Assembly (NCBI GenBank): GCA_030770535.1
Contig: JASVEC010000020.1
Location: 620,001 to 684,000, forward strand
Direction of reading: 5' to 3'
Length of the DNA: 64,000 nucleotides
Source: Batkoa obscura
Lineage: Eukaryota
Of this stretch, positions 1-10,518 are shown piece after piece. The position numbers and the translations under genes were made by a program. The stretch's first letter is position 1. Each line of letters starts with the position of its first letter. A model generated the notes under the pieces. The model saw nothing but the letters and a program-made list of their open reading frames with translations. It had not been told where the DNA came from and made no database searches.

Positions 1-363
1 TAAATCTTCTGTACCACGAAAAGATAATATAATGGCTTGTTCATTATTGTTAATAGCTAAGTAGGCCTTTGTTCCTAACAAAGTATTGCTAAACGTAGTT
101 ACTAATGAAGTTCCTTGTATATTTTGGCATGGTTTACAACTCCAACTTTGTAAGCTAGCATCAGTACATAAAACGGCTGCAGCATAATTAGTATACTTCA
201 TAACATTACTTATACTTGGTTCAATCGTATTATCGGTGATTTGGTTAGTAAGTAGATTAGTAACTCCTGTTATTATCGGGTTTGTGATACTTTGTAATGA
301 GATGGCAGTAGAATTGATTACACTGATTAAAACCAATGATAAATAATATGTGATAGGCTGCAT
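1..363 (-). CDS. Secreted class-3 (triacylglycerol) lipase, 5' part; runs off the window start
   Basis: Hand translation from the ATG at 363 is open for 121 codons: MQPITYYLSLVLISV...QITDNTIEPSISN...YAAAVLC...WSCKPCQNIQGT...AIILSFRGTEDL. Collinear with the other lipases. Not in the ORF track. Confidence 0.9.
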   Translation of the reverse strand, partial: MQPITYYLSLVLISVINSTAISLQSITNPIITGVTNLLTNQITDNTIEPSISNVMKYTNYAAAVLCTDASLQSWSCKPCQNIQGTSLVTTFSNTLLGTKAYLAINNNEQAIILSFRGTEDL

Positions 364-1750
364 GCGATTAAGTAACTAAATAGCTTTTTAATATATTTTT
401 ATTTCATACGAAACTACTTTATATGTTTTTGAAATCTATATCAACTTTGGTTTTTTTGATTTAGATCTTTAATGGATAGTAAGTTTTAGGATTTAATAAA
501 ATTTAATAACGCCCTAAATTATATTCAGGATTTCTTATTATAAACAAAGCACTTTATTTAGTTATTTAATATCAAAGCAATCAAAATCCAACCAACCAAT
601 TTTTTAATTACATTAAGCTATGATATTTTTACACTCTAGAATTGTTGCTTTTTAACATTGAAATCAAAGTCTCCATTTACATATTAAGGGCTTTTAAATA
701 AAACAAAATGATTATGCAATCTTTTATGTTTATTTAAAACTGTTTTTAGTTTAAAAAACTTAGATTTTATCAGCATAATCACATAAATTATGCTCTAAAC
801 GTATTATCAATCTAACTTAATATAATTTAGAAGTTGAAGCTCTTTGCTGTGTAGATAGCAAGTTAGTCTAGTGTTTGATATGTATAATTTAACGATAAAG
901 ATACATATACTTCAAGCATAATCGATAGTAGCAATAAGTTATAAAATAACTTTTAGGGCATCAAATTAATTGGCTAGAGTATAGTTCAAATGGTCAGGTA
1001 TTTAAGTTATTTATAAATTACTATAAAGGTTACATTACGAAAATAGATTTAGGATGACAACTCCTGATATAACAGATCATTTTATTGAAACACAAACCTC
1101 TAAATCCTTTTTTAAGATTTTAATTAGATTCTGGTAGCAAGTGTCGGATAATCTATTGAATGGGCTTTTAAAGCATTTTTTTCAGATGCTAGATCCCAAG
1201 ATATATCAATTTATATTGTATTAAACCAAACTTGTAATATAAACTAGAAGTGATTTTTTAAGCTCATAGCTTAAAAATTTAATATAAAAATTAACTATTA
1301 AAACAAAGTATGCTGTTCTAATTTTTAACGACATAATACATCCTCTTAAATGAAAATTCTGCAAGATTAGTCAAAGCAAGGAAGACTAAAAATACAGTAA
1401 CAAAATAAACAAAGAATTGAAAAGCGTTACTCTAGAATAAATCTCAGATATACATTTTTAGTTATTGTCTTTGTTTTTGCTTTAATATGAATTAGCTAGG
1501 TTATCTGCCTCGTTTTTTTAAATTACTTATCGGTACGGAAGGTTTAGTCTATTTGAATTTTTCTTATTTTAATATGTAATTTTTGTGGCTATATCACCCT
1601 TTGAGCCCCTTTAAAACCTTTGCTATATATCAAAGGTTTAAAATGGTAATAGTAAATATACGTCTATTTATAAAAGTTCTCATATAGCTAAAATTATATA
1701 TAAAGCGTTTTATGTGATAATTTTTTTAAAACTTTCATTCATTTGTTTTA

Positions 1751-2761
1751 ATGAACTCTTTTACTTATGTGATAGGATTATTTTTAATTAGTACAATATA
1801 TTCTAATATCATATTAGAACAAAATGATTTGAATACTTTAACTCAACAAAACAACCCTCCTTGGTCACAGCAAATTAGCTCTCCTATTCTGATAAAAAAA
1901 AACATCACAAATCATATAGCAAAAAGAAGTGATAAATGGTATAATAAGCGAATCATAAACAACACGCTTAAACCAGATATAAGTGCCGTTATAAGATACG
2001 CTCATTATGCCTCAGCAGCCTTATGTGATGATGATAGTTTGAAAAGATGGGACTGTAAAGCATGCCAAAATGTACAAGGAACCGAATTAGTGAAAATACT
2101 TGGTCATTTTTCCTTAGGAACAAAAGGTTATTTAGCTTTAAATCATAATGACCAAGCCATTATATTATCTTTTCGTGGTACGGAAAATCTAATGAATTGG
2201 GCTAATAATATCCTTGTTATCCAAGGGAAATTTGGTAGTATTAATAGTAAAGATGCTAGAGTACACAATGGATTTTTAGGCGCTATGGAATCCATTTCAG
2301 GTTCTTTTTTAAATGGATTAAAGACCTTGTTACAAAACCAGCAATACTCAAACTACAAAATTAAAGTCATTGGTCATTCATTAGGTGGGGCTATGGCTTC
2401 TTTGGCTATGTTAAAGATTAAGGATAAACTTAATTTACCATGGGATAAGTTAGAACTATATACTTATGGACAACCACGTACTGGAAATGTACAATTTGCT
2501 GAATGGTTTGATGCTTTACCAATCACTGTTGCTAGATCTGTGAACTATAATGATCCCGTACCTAGATTACCACCATTATCTATTTTTAACTACGCCCATC
2601 ATACTAATGAGCTCTTTATCAATGGGCCATCTACAAATTACTGTGATAGTTCCGTATTAGAAGATCCTGCTTGTGCATTAAGTGTTTCTGATAAATTACT
2701 TGATTCGAAATCTCATGTAACATATTATAATGCTCATTTTGAAAAGGCTAATGCTTGTTAA
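1751..2761 (+). CDS. Secreted class-3 lipase (Lipase_3, Rhizomucor-type fold)
   Basis: Signal peptide, propeptide ending in KR, SFRGT, VHNGF, GHSLGG nucleophile elbow, YTYGQPRTGN, NDPVPRLPP, H-x-x-Y. Confidence 0.95.
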   Translation: MNSFTYVIGLFLISTIYSNIILEQNDLNTLTQQNNPPWSQQISSPILIKKNITNHIAKRSDKWYNKRIINNTLKPDISAVIRYAHYASAALCDDDSLKRWDCKACQNVQGTELVKILGHFSLGTKGYLALNHNDQAIILSFRGTENLMNWANNILVIQGKFGSINSKDARVHNGFLGAMESISGSFLNGLKTLLQNQQYSNYKIKVIGHSLGGAMASLAMLKIKDKLNLPWDKLELYTYGQPRTGNVQFAEWFDALPITVARSVNYNDPVPRLPPLSIFNYAHHTNELFINGPSTNYCDSSVLEDPACALSVSDKLLDSKSHVTYYNAHFEKANAC

Positions 2762-4375
2762 TTTTCCAAGTATTGTTATCATAAATACTATACTTTATTA
2801 TTTAGACAAGTAATTAATTCGAGACCCTTGTCTGGACTCAAAAGAATAAAATAAAGTAATGAGGCATTCATCATTATCTTCACATTATAAAATAATTAAA
2901 TAAAAACATAAATTAAAATCACATTCAAGCCCTTGAATTTTCTTTTATGCCTTACTCCCAAATATATTATTATTACCATTAGTTCTATTTCGCAGATAGT
3001 GTTTTTAAATTGGAAGTATTTTGAAACTACGGCGTTAATTAAGTTCCATTTTATAAAATTGCAGATTTAACTTCACTTTAACAAAAATACTGACTTATCA
3101 AAAATAGAAAACATAAAAATCATGTTAAAAACGTAGATTATAATTAAAAGTCTAATATTATTGACATTTAATAAGTTGTGAGATAGAATGAAGAATATAA
3201 AGGTAAATTAAGATAAATTAAATTGCATAGCTTTCCAAGTTTTGAGACAAACTGCAGAAAGTTTAGTAACAATGAGTTCTTTATCTTGGACTGAATTAGG
3301 TTCATTGTTATTAGTATTGTTAACTAATTTTCCTTCAGCATAAAAAAGAAATCGATTTTCTTGTAAACCAAAGTTATTGCTTGGATATTTAGCTACCATT
3401 TCAATATGAATTAAGCCATCGTTAGAATGAAATTTGACATCAGCATAAGGTTCAAAGGTCAATAATTTAGCATCAAAGAAACTACTATTCCCATTGTTGT
3501 TTTGTGCAATTATTTGACGAATATATTTATTGAATTCGCTTTCTTCATTAGCAATATCAAATTGTACCCTTGAAATGACTGTCTCACGTAATTTCTCAAC
3601 CTCTTTTTGCATTTTTAAAGCTCTATCACCTACATTGGGGAACATTTGATGGAAGACACTCCAAGATATATTTTTCATATCTGGTACTTGATCTTTTGAT
3701 TTAGATTGAACTCCATTTGATTCATTCATGAAGTATCTAAATGAACTTGGGTCTTTAAATGCGTTCTTTATAATAGAAGTAGTATCTGGATATTGAAAAC
3801 TAAAGCTTGGATTATCTCCATATCTTTTTGAAAAACTCATCCAACGATAAGCTGCTACTCCTAGAGCACCACCTGCTACTAATGTGAATATGCTTGGTAA
3901 ATGAGTGATGACGAAAATACCACCTAATACACTACCAACTACTTTAAGTTTACTTGGTGGTCCACAGCGATATTTTGTATTCATATAGTTCTTATACTCT
4001 TTCATTTCTTGGCACTTATCTCTCATATTCATCATTCCTTCTGGTTGATCATACCATCTATTTCGATCTTTTGAATAAGAAAAATCATAATCTTTACGAT
4101 GGTTACTATTATGATAATCACGTACTTGTTGATTGTTGAATGATTTTAAATACTCATCATTAACATTAAAATTTACTGGTTTTTTAGCACTTGAAGTAGA
4201 TAATGCACGTCCATTTATCACTATTTAATAAAGTTATTAAGATAAAAAAGAACTTTAAAACAGCACTTACACATGGCTCTCATACCAATGCCAACAATAC
4301 CATGTTGAATTAAATGGGTGGATTGTTGAACTGGGATTACTAATAATGTATTACTTAGCATAGTCGAAATTTTTT
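2113..4375. repeat. Left arm of a 2263-bp near-perfect inverted repeat (partner 27342-29604)
   Basis: Mirror coordinates sum to 31717 at every landmark checked (2761/28956, 3208/28509, 4361/27356). Encoded proteins, intron and intergenic spot checks are identical except one SNP (4165/27552). Confidence 0.95.
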
Positions 4376-4379
4376 GCAT
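3208..4379 (-). CDS. Uncharacterised, probably mitochondrial membrane protein, copy 1 (2 exons; intron 4221-4270)
   Basis: Exon 1 reads (MQKIST)MLSNTLLVIPVQQSTHLIQHGIVGIGMRAM. A 50-nt GTAAGT...AG intron joins it in frame to the 337-aa ORF. Presequence-like N-terminus (RALSTSSAKK) and a hydrophobic hairpin VVGSVLGGIFV...GALGVAAYRW. Confidence 0.8.
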
Positions 4380-5448
4380 AGTATTTTATTGATATTTCAC
4401 TATATATATACTATTTATGGAAAAATATTTGTTGAATGTCTTTTGTTTGTTAGATTATTGATAATGTTAACATCTTTTATTTTTGTCCTATAAAGTTTAT
4501 TGACAAGTTCTTTTAATCGGGGTGGGATAAACTCAAAAGTATTTCTCGGCGCTTTTGATTTTAGTTTTACCTTTACTTTAGTCAATTTTATAAAACTTGT
4601 ATAGTTTAATCGGTTAAATATCTTCACTTTGCATCCTATAAGACTGAAGAATACAATACGTATTTTCTTAACTTATTCCCATATACAAAAATTCACCTTA
4701 CGTAATAAATTAGTAGTTTCAAACTAAATTAGATTTTTTACAAATTAGATATTTGAAGAAAAAAATGGAACTTATTATTTTTGATTTACTAAATCAAAAC
4801 TTTAAAGTTAACTAAAACTATTTTCTATTAATAATTTTAAGATTTTGACAAATTCATTTATTTTTAATTATTAAATAATAAGTAATATTTTAAAATACAT
4901 AATTCAAGTTTGATTTTTAATATGCTTAATTAAAATAAGGTAAAGATAAACTTTATAAAGCTTTTTTATGGATGACTTTAATTTATATTATATTATTTTT
5001 ATTTACTTTCTTAGTTAATGACTATTAAAAATAAACTCACTTTGTTTAAATTTTTTATTTGAAAAAATCATAATAGCTTGAAAATACTTTATTAAACTTA
5101 ATAAACAAATGTTATTTAAGAAAACTAGCTTATTTAAGTCAATGCTAAAATTAATATAGAAGTATTGAAAAAGTATTACTTTAATTAAGAAAATTTTATA
5201 ATAGCATTTGGGTTTTTTGTTACACTGGAGCTTAAGTTTTGATAGCAATATTAATAAATATTCTATAAATTTATAAACTTGGATAATATTTATAAATCTT
5301 TAACTAATTTAAAAAAGTTAATTAAAACTGCCTTATAATATTCAATAACACAATGCATATATGTATGTTTTTTAGCTTTATCAATTTTTCGATTTTATAG
5401 GTTTGTTTTAACTAAAATATTTATTAAGTTATAATTGAATTAATATAT

Positions 5449-5547
5449 GGGAGTGTTTTTTTTGACTTCATTATTTTTTCCATTTTTTAAGCACTATTTA
5501 AGTGGAAAGATTGTTAGTAAAACTTTTAAATACAAAAATACATCCCT
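5449..5547 (+). mobile_element. ~99-bp MITE (GGG...CCC family)
   Basis: TIR GGGAGTGTTTTT / AAAAATACATCCCT; flanked by ATAT on both sides. Confidence 0.85.
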
Positions 5548-5710
5548 ATATATATAAAAATAAAATAAAAATTTATAAAATTGTTATAGTTTAATTAGAC
5601 CTCCAGTTTTTTTAAAATAAAATTAAAATATAATACGTAGCAAGTTGTTTACAGAGCTTTAAATTAAATCAGCTAATTCTAGTCTATAAATCCTTAAAAG
5701 TGAAGGATAT

Positions 5711-5808
5711 GGGAGTGTTTTTTTTGACTTCATTATTTTTTCCATTTTTAAGTGCTATTTGAGTGGAAAAATTGCTAGTAAAATTCTTAAATACAAAAAT
5801 ACATCCCC
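5711..5808 (+). mobile_element. ~99-bp MITE
   Basis: Full copy with TIRs; TSD ATAT/ATAT. Confidence 0.88.
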
Positions 5809-5834
5809 ATATCTAAAAACCTTAAAATGAAAAT

Positions 5835-5931
5835 GGGGATGTTTTTTTTGATTTCATTATTTTTCCATTTTTAAGCGCTATTTGAGTGGAAAGACTGTTG
5901 ATAAAATTCCTAAACACGAAAAAACATCCCC
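5835..5931 (+). mobile_element. ~99-bp MITE
   Basis: Full copy; TSD AAAT/AAAT. Confidence 0.88.
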
Positions 5932-6581
5932 AAATGCTGAATTTTATATAATTATTTAATTTAATTTTTTACTAAAGAAAAAACTGTATTTATTTATAGT
6001 AAAATAATTTTAGTTTATAAAAACTTTTACTTTAGAAGAACTACAGTTTATAAATAATATGGCTACTAAAAAAGTAAATCAAAAAAATAAGTTATTTTTA
6101 TTAAAGCTATCAATACTAAAATTATAAAGTTAAATAGTTTATGTAAAATTTAATGGTTTGTAGCTGGAGATAAAATTTATTATAGGTTAATAAGCAGAAA
6201 GTTACTAAGTTTTGGTTTATATAATTAAAATAAACTTAAAATATAAAAAATAGTATATAATAACTTATAGATTATATAAAACAAACATAATAAAAAACAC
6301 AGCTCTATAGTCTATTGTGGAATTTTTATAAAAAGTACTTAATTCTATCAATAAAACAATACTGAAAAATAATCTGAAAAAAAAATTACATCAAAAAGTT
6401 TCTTCTAACATTTTAAAAATATTATAATTTATACATCAAACAATAGTAGCTATAATATATTTTATGATCATTGTATTAAGATTTATTTGCAATTTAATAG
6501 CTATTATTTATAACAAAATTTAAAAAAATAATTTCATATTCTGATCTAATACTTTTAACTTGAACTTGCTTTTTATGATAT

Positions 6582-6681
6582 GGGGCTATTTTTTTTTGGC
6601 TTCATTACTTTTTCTATCTTTTAAGCACTCTTTGAATGGAAAATTTGTTAGTAGAATTCTTAAACATAAAAATACATCCCC
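6582..6681 (+). mobile_element. ~99-bp MITE
   Basis: Full copy; flanks ATAT/GTAT. Confidence 0.85.
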
Positions 6682-7057
6682 GTATTATCCTAAAGTAATA
6701 GCTTAATTAAATATATATATCAAAATAACCAGCAATTAAATATATACTATAAAAACTTTAACTACTAAATAGATCTTAAATTGTATAAAAACTTTAGTGA
6801 GACTATATCTTATGTGGAATATCACTTTATTAGCTCTCGGATTAATTGTAACATAGCAATCCTTTAACTTGTTTATAAAACTAATTATAGTCTTGTAATC
6901 AACTTGACCACAATTCATGTGGTACAATCAATTTAGTTCATTATTTTGGTTTGTTGTCAGAATTTCTACTGCCTAATTGTGAAAGACATTACCCTCCTTT
7001 TTGATATTCATACTTAGTAGCCATGGTAAAGAATAATCATTATTATACTCATTATAT

Positions 7058-7154
7058 GGGGACGTGTTTTTGTGTTTAAGAATTTTACTAACAATTTTTC
7101 CGCTAAATAGCGTTCAAAAATAGAAAAAATAATGAAGTCAAAAAAAACACTCCC
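7058..7154 (-). mobile_element. ~99-bp MITE inserted in the transposase pseudogene
   Basis: Reverse copy; TSD ATAT/ATAT. Removing it restores SLLYSLYSFDECKSFGF. Confidence 0.88.
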
Positions 7155-8020
7155 ATATTCTTTTGATGAATGTAAGAGTTTTGGGTTTAATATAAATAGA
7201 AATCAATATGATTATTCAAAAACAAGTAATAATAATAAAATATCAACATTACAACATATTATTAAAAACACAAAAAAAATTAAAGATGAGCAAATTGAAA
7301 CTATCATACAATATTTACTAAATGATTCAACTATTTCATCAAGATTTAATAAAAAAAATAACGATAGTAAATATTCATCAGATAATATATATATATTAAA
7401 TAAAAGTAGAAGAATGATATATAGTAAATATTTGAATGATCTAAGAGATAAAGCAGTAGCTAGGTCAACGTTCTTTAAATATATACCAACTAATTTCAAA
7501 AATCCAGCAAGAAAAACGGATCTATGTAATATATGTACCCAGTATACAGTTAGAAAAAAGTTATTTGAAAATAAAATAAATACAGCAAAAAACAAAGCAG
7601 AGAAGAAATTTTCAACGAAGAAGAAAAATTATATAAATTACATAAATTCTGTGTTGATACTCAAAAAAACACATTTAATGAAACTATTAAAAAATTAAAT
7701 AATAAAAGTTGTATAATAGTTTTAGATTTTAAACAAAATATAGAAATAGGAACAAGACCAGATTCAATAAATCTAGATCCTTATAATAAACAAGCTATAT
7801 CAGTATTAGGCTTTGGTGTTCTATATCTAAAAGATGATAAAACAATAGGCAAAGTTTACTTTGATTATTTATCTGAAATATTGAATCATGATTCAGCATA
7901 TGCAGGAGATTGTTTAATCGATTTAATCTCTACAGAGCTTCTATTTAAAAAGTTTACAAAAATTAATATATGGGCAGATACAGGAAATCATTTTAGATCC
8001 CAAGAGTTTCTACACTATAT

Positions 8021-8119
8021 GGGGATGTTTTTTTTAGTTTCAGCATTTTTTACATCTTTTAAGCACTATTTGAGTGGAAAAATTGTTAGTAAAATTCTTG
8101 AATACAAAAATACATCCCC
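8021..8119 (+). mobile_element. ~99-bp MITE inserted in the transposase catalytic domain
   Basis: TSD ATAT/ATAT. Removing the element plus one TSD restores CAC TAT ATG TTT AAA (EFLHYMFKE). Confidence 0.9.
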
Positions 8120-9164
8120 ATATGTTTAAAGAAATTCATAAAATAAATAGTAGTTTGAGTGTTAATCTTAATTTTTTTGCTGAGCATCATGGAAAAAGTA
8201 TAGTTGATGGACATTTTGGAAACCTTTCAAAATGGAAAAATAGTTTTGAAGCGTTAGGTAAAATAGAAGATATTGATCAATTAATTTCAAGATTTGAGGC
8301 TTTTATTTGCGAGCATAATAAAATTAATAACTCGACTATTAATAATGGGAAAACAGATATAATTTTTAAAAAGTATAAAAGAAACAAAATATAAAAAGAA
8401 TAATAGAGATACAGGGCATTAAGAAGTATTTACACTTTATTAAACATAACAATAAACTACATTGTTATCCAGTATCTGATACATCAAAAAAAAGCGATAT
8501 AGTCCCAATTAAAGTTATAGAGTCTATAGAAAACAGAAAAATTAAAAGATCGATCCCAGCTTACCTTACGAAGATAACAGAGAATTTAAAAATTTCGATA
8601 TTTACTAAGCAAGTAAGTAGTTTGTTGAATGATAGAAATAGATTGTTAAATGTCAAGATTACTTAAGTTATTAATAGCTAAGTTAATAAATAGTCAAAGA
8701 ACAAGTAACTGTAATAATATGTAAAAACTACTATTACTTGTACTATATAGGGATGGTTAATTATAGTTTTGGGGCTGACCACTCCCTCCCATGCAGCTAT
8801 TTATTAACTTGGCAATATATTAATAATGTAATTATAACATTAAAATAGTTTATTTATTTGATAATAAATCTACAATGTTGGTTATAAAGCAGTTGATAAT
8901 AAATATTTCTCAATTAAGCTTTATAAGAACATGTATTTAAGATCTAGTAGAAATTCAACTAACTTACAGTATGAGCTATAATAGAATGATTTAGAACTGT
9001 GTTTGGGTACTTTTGTTTTAATAAAAGATGTGATTTTATAGAATTTTAAGCGAAGTTTTTAAAATACAAAATTTTTCAAAAATTGGATAAAATAATGAAA
9101 CTAATTCAGACAACCCCAAATCGTAGTTTATATAATTAAAACAAATTTAGCATAAATAATACAT

Positions 9165-9263
9165 GGGGATGTATTTTTGTGTTTAAGAATTTTACCAACA
9201 AATTTTCCGCTTAAATGGCGCTTAAAAAATAGAAAAAATAATGAAGTCAAAAAAGACACTCTC
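9165..9263 (-). mobile_element. ~99-bp MITE
   Basis: Reverse copy; TSD ACAT/ACAT. Confidence 0.88.
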
Positions 9264-9453
9264 ACATAATAGCTTAAATTACGTAAAATAAATAAAAAGT
9301 ATATGGATTTTATATAAATATTTAAAAGAATTTAATCAATTGTAATAGTGGGGATATTTTTCATAATGATTCTAGCTATTTTTTTATGAAAATTTCAATA
9401 TATCAAAAGCAAGTGTAAAGCAAGTATTGAAGTTTTAAAAACTTTAAAAATAT

Positions 9454-9654
9454 GGGGATGTTTTCTTGATTTCATTATTTTTTCCATTTTTTAAACGCTA
9501 TTTGAGTGGAAAGATTGTTAGTAAAATTCTCAAATACAAAAAAACATCTCCATATGGGAGTGTTTTTTTTGGCTTCATTACTTTTTCCATCTTTTAAGCA
9601 TCATTTGAGTGGAAAAATTATTAGTAAAATCCTTAAATACAAAAATACATCCCC
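9454..9654 (+). mobile_element. Two head-to-tail MITE copies (9454-9551, 9556-9654) sharing one ATAT spacer
   Basis: ATAT-MITE-ATAT-MITE-ATAT; the two copies differ in sequence. Confidence 0.88.
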
Positions 9655-10038
9655 ATATGTAGTTTAAAATTGCTTTTAAACAATAAGTTAAAAAATTTGC
9701 CATTTTTTACAAAATACAAAGTTTTATAGTTAGGAAAATTATGAATATCATTTTTTAAAATATAAAGGAGGTTTTACTAATAGACAATATAATCAAACAT
9801 AATAATATAAATAAGATACTATACTAATAAATTCAAAAAATTGATATAAAAAAGACATAAACATTCAAAAAACCTTTTGTTATTACATGATAATCCAGGA
9901 GTATATATATAATTACCTAAACTGCAATCAAACAAAACAAACTTTAATAAATTACCCACTGTATAGTCCAGACCTAGTTCTAAGTAATCAGTATTTATCT
10001 TTAAAGTTGAAAAAAAAAATTGCAAAAAAATTAATAGT

Positions 10039-10128
10039 GGGGATGTATTTTTAAGATTTTACTAATAATTTTTCCGCTCAAATAGTGCTCGAAAAATGAA
10101 AAAGTGATGAAACCAAAAAAACACCTCC
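10039..10128 (-). mobile_element. MITE, internally deleted
   Basis: Reverse copy lacking about 9 bp; no direct TSD. Confidence 0.8.
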
Positions 10129-10518
10129 ACTATTATTTTAAATATTTTAAAAACATAAGTATTTTTTTAAGGTATAGATAAATTGATTTTTGAATCAAAA
10201 AACTGTATAAAGCTTAAAGGAGATACATGAGAAAATAATATAATTTTAGTTTAAGATTAATCTGTTTTTCCTCAAACTTTTTGACCTCCTCCTATTAATT
10301 TCGCAAAATTGAATCGAAATTTAAGTTTAAGTCAAGGGCCAAATTTAGCAAAGTCATTTTTATCGTTCTTAATCAAACAGAACAAATGACCAAAATTGAA
10401 TGCATAGCCAATGAAGTGGGGTTGCATGGAAATTTAAATTGCCATTTAAAAGGGCAAGGAGAAATTTGAATTCCTATTAATCGCTCTACTCTTTTCAATA
10501 AAAAAATCGAATTAAATA

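Larger units (their letters stand above)
7035..8666 (+). pseudogene. Sola-like (Sola2-like) DDD transposase pseudogene, 5'-truncated, two frameshifts and two MITE insertions
   Basis: Reconstructed motifs: RSTFFKYIP..RKTDLCNIC; IIVLDFKQN; LSEILNHDS; IWADTGNHFRSQEF; FFAEHHGKSIVDGHFG; IQGIKKYLHF. Frameshifts near 7590 and 8390. Confidence 0.75.
9020..10240 (+). pseudogene. Heavily decayed mariner-type transposase relic interrupted by four MITEs
   Basis: Ordered degenerate motifs: NISKASVKQVL (~9405), GKIMNIIF*NIKEVLLID (~9735), LLLHDN (~9880), PLYSPDLVLSN (~9955), GIDKL...CIKLKGD (~10170-10225). These match mariner KVM..FWD..GV, HDNA, YSPDLAPSD and GI.KL..RW.KC..GDY. Boundaries approximate. Confidence 0.65.

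Noticed and set aside
972..1045. tRNA-like start (GAGTATAGTTCAAATGGT)
   Set aside because: No T-loop GTTCRA or acceptor-stem pairing downstream.
4415..5248. Small AT-rich ORFs (4415, 5015; similarly 30027, 34551)
   Set aside because: K/I/F/N-biased translations expected from AT-rich non-coding DNA.
6736..7030. Minus-strand LYHMNCGQVDYKTI resembling a Copia GAG-pre-integrase motif
   Set aside because: Too degenerate and no supporting integrase motifs.
7132..8394. ORFs 7132, 7881 and 8074 as separate genes
   Set aside because: They are pieces of one broken transposase, with starts or ends supplied by MITE sequence.
5449..10128. Clustered short repeats as a CRISPR array
   Set aside because: Units are ~99 bp with TIRs and TSDs, irregularly spaced and in both orientations; no cas genes; eukaryotic context.
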